Below are positions 24,001 through 35,347 of a stretch of DNA of 64,000 nt, piece after piece. How positions within the stretch are numbered: position 1 is the stretch's first letter; each line of letters opens with the position of its first letter. The translations under genes were made by a program, and so were the position numbers. The notes under the pieces were generated by a model, which saw only the letters and a list, made by a program, of their open reading frames with translations, made no database searches and was not told where the DNA came from. Source of the DNA: Gracilinanus agilis (taxonomy: Eukaryota); NCBI RefSeq assembly GCF_016433145.1, contig NC_058132.1, positions 307,109,079-307,173,078 on the forward strand, read 5' to 3'.

Positions 24001-25520
24001 TTTGTGGGCCTTCGGTGTGGTATACATCCCAGTATTTCTGTTTTGATACAATTCCCCCCACAACTATCACTTCCAATCCCTCTTTTTTAAGAGAGACCTT
24101 AGAAACCCATCTCACTGAAGAAGCTCTCAGTCAGTGTTCACTGATTCTTCCCAAATAAAAAAAAGACAACCCTATCTTCTCTTTAGGGCATCAGAGATGC
24201 CACAACAATTTTTGGTTGTTTTTAAAAATATATTGGGATTCTTCTCAAGCGACCATTTCCTGCCATTCGGATACCCAGAAGCAACAAGGGGACCAGAAGC
24301 AATAAAGAGGACCCTCAAGGCCCTGAAAACAAAGCTACCTTCCAGGATTTGACTCCAGAGAGTGGCCAAGAAGACCCCATTCTAGTGAGCATATGTCATG
24401 GCATAAAGTTACCACAGGGTGGTAGAAGTCGTGCAGCTCCTTGTTCCCACTCGGGCATACTTCCCTGAGAAACCAGAGGGGATAAAGGAGAAAACTCCAA
24501 CAAGAACGTCCTGTAAACCATGTCAGCGGCTTTCCCCTTTCTTCTGAAACAGAGGTGTCCGAAGTGAGATCTGGGTTCATGGAAAAGCCAGATGTTTAAG
24601 CATTTGACCCCTGGGCTAATCCCTTGCCAGCCGTGCCCAGCCACTGTTTCCTCAGTGGAAACAGGCAGCTAAAAGTGCAATGTTGAGGTTCCAGGGGATG
24701 GTCTCGCAGTTTATAGGGAAATTAAGTTAAGAAGGGTATTTTGGGGGCTACCAAAACACAGAAATATGCCCCGATTTTCCAGTGCAAAAACCATACCACA
24801 GTAGCACTAACAACAAAAGACATTTTATTCTAGCACCAGCTTTTCTCTCACCCCAGGCAGGTTTATTTTGCTTTATTATGCTGTCAGAAGTGCCTATCAC
24901 TTCGTAAGGATCTAAACTGATATTTTTCTTTTCTATCATTACTGCTACAAAACCTTACTTCTGTATTCTAAATTAGGTTAGTGAAAATAAATGTATTATT
25001 GTCGTTGTTGTTAGTCATAAGTTGTTTGAAGTTCTAACTAAGCCCTTTCATGATGGTATTCTAAAATTATTATTTCTTCTCTAATTCCTTCATATGAAGA
25101 TAAAAATCCAATTGATCATCAGAATCAAATTTCTTTAAGGGCACATTTGATTATTTTCTCTGGAACTGTTTAAAAATAGCCTCAACTTTTGTTTAAATTT
25201 AAGTGTTTAGTTTTGTTTTTTTAATCAGTGCTTGCACAAGTAGCACCTGTTCAGACCCATTCTGGGTTTTCTTTTTCTCTTTCCTTTTTTTTTTTCTGTG
25301 AACCATACTGCAATTTCACAAAACCTACAGCAATATAAAATAATGCATTATGCCTCCTTCAGAAACCAAATGGCTCCCCTCTCCACACGTCACCTTACTG
25401 CACAATATCTCTACAATAGAGCAGGTAGAAAATCCAGAGAGACTAAGCAGTGATCCCTTTGAGCAAACATACAAATTTACCCAGATATGTCAAGCACACC
25501 GATTTAGAGGGCAAGGAGTT

Positions 25521-25550
25521 GTGTGTATGTGTGTGTGTGTGTGTGTGTGT
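25521..25550. repeat. (TG)n microsatellite
   Basis: Direct reading of the sequence. Confidence 0.9.
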
Positions 25551-26005
25551 TTCCCCACCCTGAAGAGAAAAAAAAAAGGCTTTCTTGTCAATCACCTCTA
25601 ATAAGCCAAGAAAATAAACTTGCTTGCACTTAGCTTCTTCTTCAAAAATTGCAATTGCAAGGAAGGTGATTTGGGGAAGGGATTTGGAAGGACGGTGAGT
25701 CTTTCCTTTGCCAGATCCTAGTTTTCTTCATGGATGTATAAGAAACACTTGTGTTGTAGTGTTATTAAGGGCATGATTTGTTAGTGCACTTTTATGTATG
25801 GAGTGCCTGCATCTGGCAAGGTCTACAGCATTACCTCTTTGACAGCTCCAGATGTTGTGAAGATAAAATACCTCCTGTTTGAGGAACTGTGCAACTAGGA
25901 GCCTTGATAGGTGTTCTTAATACAGTTTAAAAAGGCATCTGTCTTAAAATAATTTCAACATCTTACTTTTTTCTATTTATATCTCTGTCAGATGTTTCTG
26001 AGTAC

Positions 26006-27045
26006 TGTCGAAATATTTTAGGGAGCTTATATTAACATCAAGGTAGACTCTGGTGGGGGGCACTCAGGGTTTCTTACCCGTCTTTCTTCCCACAACGTTC
26101 TCCACTCGCCCCTGGCCTCTAATAACTTGACATCTTTTTAGATCAAATAAGAGACAAGAAGGAAACAGTAAGTTGGACCAGCTAAGTCTTTTAAATTAGG
26201 CGCATTGCCACCAAAGGTACTTGGAAGGGAGACAAGAAGAGTGGGACCAGCAGAACAAAAGACCCATCACTGGCCTGGATTTATTTAACAGTCAAAAGGT
26301 AGAAGTTGGGAAAAGATAAGGGAGGGCAGACCTGAGACACAACAGGGCTGACTCAATGCTTCCATCTCAGACCTCATAACTCAATGCATTGTCGACCTCT
26401 TAAAATAGGAATGGTACTTGACCCTTACTATGGTTTGGGAGCAGCGCAGAGCTTGAGTTTCCTCGGTTGAAAGCCAATGCCTGAGACCACCCTTTAGCTC
26501 ACCCTTCTAGCTAGTCCTAGACCATAGCAATGTTATTCTTGGGTCATTTAACTTCACTCTCAGGGAAAAGGAGAGAATGGTGCTAAGTTGTAAATCACTC
26601 TGTTCTGGAATGGATTTGTACCAGAACAGATCATCTTGAGAATTCCTGCCTTGCTTGACCATGGTAAAGAGATTATGGTATGTAAAATTCGGCTAAACAT
26701 AGCTTGTTTCGATTTCCTACTTCCCTGGTTGTCTGTCTAAGTATGAAAGGTTAAGACCTGGGAGGCAGAACAGGCCATTCCTACCCCAGAAATCTTGCGT
26801 TCAGGCAGCACCTCCAACTCTAATACTTTCCATACATGGCAATCGTGTCAGGGACACTTTCAAATGACCTCTGCCCGATCCGATCGGGGAAGGTGCAAGT
26901 AAATGAGGCTTTTCATTTGGAGCCTTGGGGTAGTTTCAGTAGCTCTCTTCCCATGGAGGAAGGAAAACAGTAGTCAGTCAGGCCCCAAGCCTTTATGTGG
27001 AGGTCTTGGCTTGTAAATCCTTATTCTTAGGCTCCCCGATTCACA
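26006..27045 (-). mobile_element. LTR-like element (~1.04 kb), probable solo LTR
   Basis: TG...CA termini; higher GC/CpG than its flanks; poly(A)-like motif near the 3' end. No TSD found, so boundaries are uncertain. Confidence 0.5.
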
Positions 27046-27447
27046 TGGGTGAAAATATTCATCCTTCCCCTCCAGCACAGTAAGACTAGCACATAAAATG
27101 GGGTGACATCATCCTAGCAGGTCTGGTTAGGAGATCCGCCAACCAAAGAATGGTCCATATAGAGGATGATTCTGCAGACTCCATTTCCATTCAGCTTCCT
27201 GCCTGCTTTCTGCTCCCTCTCCAACCCCATGCCATTACCACCAGCACCAGCGCCCCTTCTTAACCCAATGCATAGTCGAAATGCCAAATAAATAAGGATT
27301 CCCTGTTGTTTCCCAAGCTAATAAACTGCATACTTTCACCAGTCTGTCTCACGAGAGGAGCTTGCAAAGAGAACAATAATAGACACTGTCATCGTGGCTG
27401 TCTTCAAATCTTTTAAATCACTTTTGGTTTCTGGAATGTAAATTTAT

Positions 27448-27693
27448 CGCATGTGTGTAGTCCATATCCCCGTTCCCTCCCTGGACCTGGACGCGCCTCC
27501 TGTGTGTGCGTGGGGCTATAGAGATGTCGACGCAGGTGAAAGAGCCCGGCTAGAGGGGAAAACACCCGGGAAGAAGGGCCGGCCGGCCCGGGCAGCTTGC
27601 AGACATGGGCAGAGAGGGGAGAGGAAAGACGTCTGCAAATGAACAAAACCCGGCTCCTCCGGCCGTGTCATGCATTTGTCTTGCCAAATAAGG
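27448..27693. promoter_or_regulatory. Small CpG-rich promoter-like patch ending in a CArG box
   Basis: 16 CpGs in 27448-27665; 14-bp palindrome gggccggccggccc 27576-27589; CCAAATAAGG (CC-W6-GG) 27684-27693. Confidence 0.65.
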
Positions 27694-27807
27694 TAGAACC
27701 AAAAGGTAATTTTGATTAGCATTTGTCCAAGCTATTTATCATAGCAAATTATGCAACAGCATTCAAGGCAGGCATTTTTACACAGCTCTCTCTTGTTGCA
27801 TTGTTAG

Positions 27808-27884
27808 GATTTCACAACCTGATGCAGATGTTGCAAGCTGCAAAGTGCCCTTTGCTTGACATTTTCGCTATAGTAGTCAAAGTG
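27808..27884 (+). other. Candidate internal exon (77 nt)
   Basis: Acceptor ctctctcttgttgcattgttag| and donor gtg|gtaagt; product not recognised. Confidence 0.35.
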
Positions 27885-27955
27885 GTAAGTGGCCTTGAAA
27901 GATGATATAAAGAAATCACAAAACTGAAAAATGAATAGGTGGGGAGCAGGGGAGT

Positions 27956-27958
<3 letters not shown>

Positions 27959-28018
<60 letters not shown>

Positions 28019-28020
28019 TC
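27959..28020. repeat. (CT)n microsatellite
   Basis: Direct reading of the sequence. Confidence 0.95.
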
Positions 28021-28787
28021 TTTTTTTTTTCTCTTCCCCATGTTAAAGGAGTGCTATAAGCTATTTTGCCACTGCAGTGGACTAGGCTGGGGGCAAGGCT
28101 TTCCTATCCTGTAGAAAACATTCCAATCAGAAAGGTTTAGTAGGTTGCTAGAAACTTAATTAAGAATTATTTTCCTCTGCCTGAATGTCTCTGGATGAAA
28201 ACAAACATTCCGGAAACACCAGCAGTTTTTATTGGTGTGCAGTTAAGTCTCCACATCCCTGCATATCTTTTTTTTCTTTTAATTAATCATTTTCTTTCTC
28301 TACTTTTCTGGCAACGGACACTCAAGCTCCTCTGTTATTTGAAACAATAACACATGAAAGAGCTTTTTATTCAGAATTTGAAGATTTTTAAATGACCCTT
28401 TTTTGGCCAAGAGGGATATTCTCCCCAGCACTTCACCTCTACCCCAACCATGAAAAACAAATTATCAAATGGCCTTTAACATTAACTTTTTCTTCTCTTG
28501 ACTCTCCTCTGGAAAAAAAAAAAGAAAAGGCACTTAAATTTGGCACAAAATGCCCTCCAACTCTTCTCTGTCCTTGTTCTCTAACCCTCGCTTGTTCTTG
28601 CTTGGTCTGTCACTGGGTGGCAAAAACAGTGATTATGAAGAATGAAGAGAAATGATCAACCCTGAGCTCAAATCAGCATCTGAGGGAAAAAATCAGAAGT
28701 CATCACTTCCCATAAGTTTTAGACTTTAGAATCCAGCCCTGTGGCATGGAGAGGGCCATTCAGATATTTCAAGTCAAAATGCCTACA

Positions 28788-28841
28788 ACTAACAAGAAGT
28801 TTCTTTCTTTTTTTTTTTTTTTCCTTTTTTTCTTGCTCAAG
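28788..28841 (+). other. Consensus-like 3' splice site
   Basis: Branch-point-like actaac (28788-28793), ~38-nt pyrimidine tract, then caag|. Confidence 0.4.
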
Positions 28842-29189
28842 CAATCCAGACTGGCTGTCTACAGATAGTCTGCTGTTCCAGTTCACTACATAACCACTCA
28901 GCTCTGTACTTTATTCTGCCAATGGAGACTCAGTCTCAGGTGGTGAACTATACTATCCCAACATGTGGATGAAAAAAAAAAAGCCTGTATTCCACATTAT
29001 ACGGATGTTTTCCAATTTGAAGATATCTCAATAATTGAGGGTTGGGTTTTTGTTTTGTTTTTTAGCCCATTTGCATCTAGGCCTCTGGAGTTCCTCAAAC
29101 ATTTATCTGGACTCATTATCCACCTATTAATATGTGTTTTTGTAAATTTGATTGACAAAGAAACATTCTTTATCTACTTGAAACCCAAA

Positions 29190-29284
29190 CATCCAGATGG
29201 GAAGTGAAACATGTAGTTGGTCATCTGGAATATTTGGAAAACATCTGGATGATTGCACGACATGTTTCGATTTTCACCCAGATG
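29190..29284. promoter_or_regulatory. Cluster of four CCAGATG E-boxes
   Basis: CCAGATG at 29193 and 29278; CATCTGG at 29222 and 29242. Confidence 0.5.
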
Positions 29285-29529
29285 CTTGGCATTGCAGAGA
29301 TGCAGGCTTTGAGTCCTCAGTTGAAGAGAGAAACAAAACTAATTTATTCAAAGACCCACAGCAGAAACTGCTACTTCTGTCCCATCTAGTTCTTCATATA
29401 GTTCTAAGCCCATAGCAGGTTAGGTTGACTAATTCATGAGCTCAAGGATTTGCATTTGGGTAGAAACTTCCCAATTACCAAAAACACTGTTAAAGCTTTC
29501 TTATTTAATTGGAGCTAGATCAATAGCTG

Positions 29530-29700
29530 ACTTTCTAAATAAAATAATTTCTTACTATGAGGATTTTAAATTTTGACCCTTTGTTCAACCCCTTCACTTT
29601 ACAGAAACTAAGGTCTAGAAACACTAAGTGATTTGTCAGGTAGACATTTGAGCCCAGATCCTCTGGTTCCAGCTCCAGTGATCTCAAAGTGTTATAATGC
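29530..29700 (-). mobile_element. MIR-family core SINE
   Basis: ttcactttacagaaactaaggtctag...tgatttgtcagg...tttgagcccagatcctct. Confidence 0.7.
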
Positions 29701-30204
29701 ATACATAAAAGTTCCATCAGATTTTCAAAGGACTGATTTTTGATTAAAGGTATTTCTAAAACTCTACCCCTATGCCTCAGACCAACAGTCCTGAACAGCT
29801 CATGGGTCCTAGAGCTGAGGGCCCTTAGAGTTATTGCCAGGACGCTGTGAGACCATAATATTTAACTTATTAAAACAAATGTGTATTAAAAAAATTTAAA
29901 TATATACAGAAAGAGAGCAAAAGAGGTACTGTTGTCATTTAAAAAAATACAAATCAACTTAGAGGCACTACTGAATTCGTAGTAGCTTTTTGTCCCCATG
30001 TATTTTCTCAGTCTACAGAGAGGACTATTATTATCATAATCAGTTGTGAGAGCAAGAAATAGTTTATCATTGTAAAGGTGTGCCTTTAAAGGATTGGAAA
30101 CCACTGACTTAGACCTTAGGAAATACTGGGGAAGCAACATAATGCCATTAAAAAAAAAAGATCACAGACCTAAGAGATTTGGACTTTATTTTCTTGTCTT
30201 GCCA

Positions 30205-31005
30205 CTAATTCAATTCTATTAAACAAACATTAGTCACTTACATTCTGCTAGATGATTGGGATACCAAAAAATATTTTAGGTGTATTCCATGTCCTCAAAG
30301 AGCTTACATTTTCAATTTCAGAAGAGCGGAGTCACTATGAAGTAGGAAGATTAGGAAAGATTTTATGGAAGATGAAGCACCTGAACTGGACCTTGAAGAA
30401 AGATAAAAATTCTAAGAGAAATAGAAGAAATAATCTTTCAGGTATGGAGTTCAGCTTGCATGAATACCTCATTGGGAGGTGCACCGGGTCATGAGTATGG
30501 TATATATGTTTGGAGGGAAAGTGGAGGAGGGATTTGGATAATGGGAAATAAAACTAGAAAGACAGAGGAGAACAAGCAAGTGGATAGGTTAGCCTTGAGT
30601 GCCAGGCTAAGTTTCTGTTTACTCATTACTATTGCCATAGTCAATGGGGATCCAATGAAGATTTTTGAAAGGGAGAGTGATGTAATGAGATATTTCTCTT
30701 AGGACAATTATTTTTGCAGATCTGAGGACGATGGATAGAAGAACAATAGAGGCTAGAGGCCTGGAATGGGAAATTAATTAGGATGCTATTTAAATAGCCT
30801 AGGTATATGGTGCTTAGACCCTAAATTAGGTCATATGGATTGAAAGAAGAAAATAAATTCAATATTGAAAAGTGGAATCAACAGTATTAACAATTAATTA
30901 GCTCTAAATGTTTAGGGGCATCAGAGAGTCCATGAAAACTCCAAGTTTATGAAACTGGGTGACTGGGAAAATGGGAGTATCCTTATCAAAAATAAGAAAG
31001 TTGCT
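30205..31005 (-). mobile_element. L2 fragment
   Basis: Antisense L2 signatures (gtcctcaaagagcttacatt; gaaactgggtgactgggaaaatgg). Confidence 0.7.
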
Positions 31006-31199
31006 GAATTATCATAGTCTTGTACCCACTGTGTCCCTCATTTTCTTTTTTTTAATTAGTTTGTTACATTAAAATATCTAGGTAGCTCACTTCCCTCATT
31101 ATAAAAGGCATCATTTAACAAAATGATATATGTATATATAAAACTATATCTTACTCAATTCTATTTATCAGTTCTTTTTCTGGAGGTAGACACATATAA

Positions 31200-32190
31200 G
31201 TCATTATTTATTTATTTGTTTGTTTTTGTTTTTACTATTTTCCCATAGTAGCATATTTCATGTTCTTTCCCTCTCCCCCAACCTCCCCAAACCCCCCTTA
31301 GCCAATGCACAATTCCACTGGGTTTTACATGTATCATTGATTAAGACCGAATTCCATATTATTGATAGTTGGAATAGAGTTATCATTTAGCATCTCTGTC
31401 CCCAATAATATACCCATCAGCCCATGTATTCAAGCAGTTGTTTTTCTTCTGTGTTTCTCCTCCCACAGTTCTTCCTCTGAATGTGGCTAGTTTTCTTTCT
31501 CATAAGTCCCTCAGCCTTGCTCTGGATCCTTGCATTGCTGCTAGTAGAGAAGTCCGTTATGTTGGATTTTGCCACAGAGTATCAGTCTCTGTGTACAATG
31601 TTCTCCTGGATCTACTCCTTTCACTCTGCATCAACTCCTGGAAGTCATTCCAGTTCACATGGAATTCCTCCAGTTCTTTATTCCTTTGAGCACAATAGTA
31701 TTCCATCACCAATAGATACTACAATTTGTTCAGTCACTCCCCAATTGAAGGACATTCTCTCATTTTCCAATTTTTTTGCCACCACAAAGAGCAAGACTAT
31801 AAATATTTTTGTACAAGTCTTTTTCCTTATTATCTCTTTGGGATATAAACCAAGCAGTGCTATGTCTGCATCAAAAGGCAGATAGTCTAAGTCATTCTTT
31901 AAACAATATTTCTATTGCTGTATATAACGTTCTCTTGGTTCTGCTTACTATATTCTTCAGAACTCCATGCCTAGGTCTTTCCATGTTTTTCTAAAATTAA
32001 CCGGTTTATCATTTCTTACAGCATAGTAGTATTTCATCACAATCTTATGCCACAACTTGTTTACCCATTCCCCAAATGATGGGAATTCCTACAATTTCCT
32101 GTTCTTTGCCACAAAGATCACTGCTATAAATATTTTAGAACATATAGTTTTTTCTTTTTCCCTAATTTCCTTAGGAAATAAAGCCAATAG
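31200..32190 (-). mobile_element. Two abutting antisense L1 3' fragments
   Basis: 31200-31890 is the reverse complement of the L1 3' end seen at 16950-17450; an older copy follows. Confidence 0.85.
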
Positions 32191-32389
32191 TGATTGAAAG
32201 TAGAAAAATGGGAAAATAAATGTACTGTTGGTAGAACTATGAATTTATCCAATCATTTTGGAGAGCAATCGGTTTCTTTCTCAAATGCAAACAGTATCTT
32301 CTGATGCTTCACTTACTACAGCTAACCATTGGCCAAATCCAATTTATATTTATATTTATATTTCGCCACAATGTCTTCTATATATTTCT

Positions 32390-33220
32390 CTCTTTCTCTT
32401 TTCACATTCAGATTTTGATCACCTCTTCCTTTCTCTGTTATGATAGCTTTCTAACTTATCTTGCAGCCTCTAGTCTTTCCCTTCTATAATCTATCTTTCA
32501 TAGGATTATAGATTTAGAACCAGAAGGAATTTAAAGGTCAGTGAGACCAATACCTTTGTTTTACAAATATAGCAGTGAAGGTTTAGAAAGGTTAAGTCCA
32601 AAGTTACCCAGATAGAATGGGCAAATTCAAACCCAGTTTCTTTGACTTCAAAGCTACCAATACCATGCTGCTTCCCATTTTACTGCAGCTGAATTAATGT
32701 TCTTAGTTAACAGATCTGACCATGACATTACTCTATTTAAGAACATTCAGTGGTTCCCAAAGGGATAAATTACAAACTTTATCAGCCTGGACACTTAAGA
32801 TCTTCCACAACTGGACCCCATCTATCTTTCCAGTCTTACTTCTCTCTATTTCTCCTCACATAACCTATGTTCCAAACCCTTCCCATGCCTGGAACATGTT
32901 CCTTCCACATCTCCATGTCTTAAAATCCTTCTCTTCCATAAGGCCCAGCCTAAGTATCATCACTTCCATGAAGCCTTCTCTGACCTACGCAGATGAGAGT
33001 GGCCTCTCCATTTGCACACTTTCTCAGAGCACAAAGGATTTCTCCTTTGTCAATGTCTTATTCTACCTTGTATCATACTGATAATTGTACTTTTTAAAAA
33101 ATCTCCTTATATGATACTATGCTCCATGAGAGCAAAGAGTGGTCAGCTTTTCATCTTCATATGCACTACACCTAGTGTAGTACCCTATATGTGGGTTTGA
33201 ATTTGAATTTGTTCAGCACC
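32390..33220 (+). mobile_element. L2 3' fragment with a MIR inserted at ~32500-32670
   Basis: L2 motifs (agatctgaccatgacattactc, gctccatgagagcaaagag). Confidence 0.7.
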
Positions 33221-33289
33221 TACACTATCTACCCCAGAAGTCACAGAAAAACACTCACTCGTTATAAGAAAAAACTTCCAAATGAATAT

Positions 33290-33530
33290 TGCTTAATCAT
33301 TTCAGTCATGTCTGACTTTGTGACTCCATTTAGGTTTTTTTTTTAAAAGTCCTAGAGTGCTTTGCTATTTCCATCTCCAGCTCTGTTTTACAGATGAAGA
33401 AACTAAGCCAAAAAGGTTAAGTGATTTGCCCAGGGTCATATAGTTAGTAAGTATCTAAGGTCAGATTTGAACTCAGAAAGATGGGTCCTGACTCCAAATC
33501 CTGGACTTTATCTACTTCACTACCTAACTG
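33290..33530 (-). mobile_element. MAR1 SINE
   Basis: RTE-derived tail (ttcagtcatgtctgactttgtgactccattt) joined to the core SINE. Confidence 0.75.
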
Positions 33531-34584
33531 CCTGCTGACTAGAGTTGTACAAAAGTGGTCTGAAACATCTGGGGAAACAGTGAATTCACCTTCATTCAGG
33601 GTTTCCATGCAAAGATTGGGAGAAATTTCTCTTCAGTTACAGGTTAAACTAGATGGTTCCTGAGGTCCTTCCAAATGGGATTTTATAAAAGGGACAGGCC
33701 TATGTCAATACCATGGCATCAGAGGAACTACTATCCATGACATGGTACTTGGTTCTGACTTTGTTGGTGAATTGTGCCCAATCTTCACTTCCTCAATTCT
33801 CTTCATTATTGTTTACAAACAGAATGTGAGGTCTCTGGTAGCAGCAGAAAGAACTGAATTAAGGACAGAGAAAAATAATCTAATTTACCAACCTTGAAAC
33901 TGGCCTTGAATTACAGCAGAATAATTATTCAATCCCTCCATTAGATAACTATTTACTGAATACCTACTGAAGGAACAGATGTGAATGTGCTTTGAAGAGT
34001 TAAAAATACTGTATAAATATTAGACATAATGATCTTAGTTATATTGCTATAGTCAACACTAAGGTACATTCATCATTTCACCTTTATGTATATTGCAACC
34101 TTTCTACACACCTACTCATTCCATGCAGTTAATTCTTTCCAAAATCCTCCATAGAGCATCTATTCAATGTTCTATGTTCAATTCAATTGAATAAACGTTA
34201 ATTAAGCATCTACTATATGTCAGCCACTGTGCAAAGCCTCTCTTGAGGTCTTTTAATATTTTTTGTCTACAAATACAATGTTTGGGCCATCTCTCTGTTA
34301 ACTCTAGGCGGTTGCCATACTTTCCAATCATGCCTGATTTCATTGTCTTTAAAACCACTTATTATAAACAAGCCATTACTAGTACAATAATATAGCCTTC
34401 TTATATCTCTCCATCATCCCTAGAGTCATTCCTAATTTTGTATAGAATGATAACATGAATAATGCTCTGTGCAGAATCTAAATGGAGGTGTAACCTTGAG
34501 CATGTCACTTTAGTTCCTTGGGCCTCAGTTTCCTCATTGATGAACTGAATAAATTGAATTAGTGTTTGAAATCCCTTCAAGTTT

Positions 34585-34783
34585 TTTTTTTAAACCCTTA
34601 TCTTCAGTCTTAGAATAAATACTGTGCATTGCTTCTAAGGCAAAAGAGTAGTAAGAGTTAGACAATGCAGTAAAGGGACTTGCCCAGGGTCATGTAGCTA
34701 GGGACTATCTAAGGCCAGATTTGAACCCAGAATCTCCCTTCTCTGGACCTTGCTCTCAATCCACTGAGTCATTTAGGTGCCCC
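34585..34783 (-). mobile_element. SINE1_Mdo-like SINE (antisense)
   Basis: ttttaaacccttatcttc...ctcaatccactgagtcatttaggtgcccc. Confidence 0.9.
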
Positions 34784-34788
34784 CTCCC

Positions 34789-34832
34789 TTTTAAATACAC
34801 GCTCCTATAGATTTTAAATACACGCTCCTATA
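34789..34832. repeat. Perfect 21-bp direct repeat, period 23
   Basis: ttttaaatacacgctcctata at 34789-34809 and 34812-34832. Confidence 0.9.
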
Positions 34833-34835
34833 AAT

Positions 34836-35074
34836 CCTAGTTCTTAAACTTATTTTTCCTCTTGGACCAATTTGACAGTCTAGCGAAGTCTAACTTCTTC
34901 TCAGAATAATGTTTTTAAATTAATAAAAAAAAATAAAGTACAAAGGATTACAAAATAAACTAATTATATGAAATAAATTTTTTTTTCTTAACCAAAGTCA
35001 CAGACCTCCCCCCCCCTGCAAAAATCAATCTGTAAATTTCTTGGAGTCCAAGGAACTTAAGTTAAGAAACCCTG
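34836..35074. mobile_element. Old hAT MITE (239 bp)
   Basis: Right TIR aagttaagaaaccctg, decayed left TIR cctagttcttaaactt; partial TSD ctataaat / ctgtagat. Confidence 0.65.
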
Positions 35075-35154
35075 CTGTAGATGGTGATCTCTTGATTCTC
35101 TTGTTTGCATATGACATTAAAGTGGTGACATCAAACCTTTCAGACACTATAGAG

Positions 35155-35347
35155 CAGTGATTCCCAAAGTGGGTGCTACCACCCCCTGGTGGGTGCTGAA
35201 GTGATCCAGCTGGAGCGGCGATGGCCACAGGTACATTTATCTTTCCTATTAATTGCTATTAAATTTTTAAAAAATTAATTTCCAGGGGGCTAGGTAATAT
35301 TTTTTCTGAAAAGGGGGCGGTAAGCCAAAAAAGTTTGGGAACCACTG
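35155..35347. mobile_element. Young hAT MITE (193 bp)
   Basis: TIRs cagtgattcccaaa / tttgggaaccactg; TSD ctatagag / ctgtagag (7 of 8 match). Confidence 0.9.

Noticed and set aside
24633-24666. Overlapping inverted repeats (ctgtttcc/ggaaacag and ccactg/cagtgg)
   Set aside because: Stems of 6-8 bp are expected by chance in 64 kb.
27432-27442. 11-nt match to the miR-1 5' end (tggaatgtaaa)
   Set aside because: The rest of the mature sequence does not match and there is no precursor hairpin. It is better read as a TEAD motif or chance.
31438-31885. 83- and 134-aa ORFs (also 43545-43884 and 16931-17321)
   Set aside because: They are antisense readings of L1 3' ends.
32722-33081. 119-aa ORF
   Set aside because: It lies wholly within an L2 remnant.
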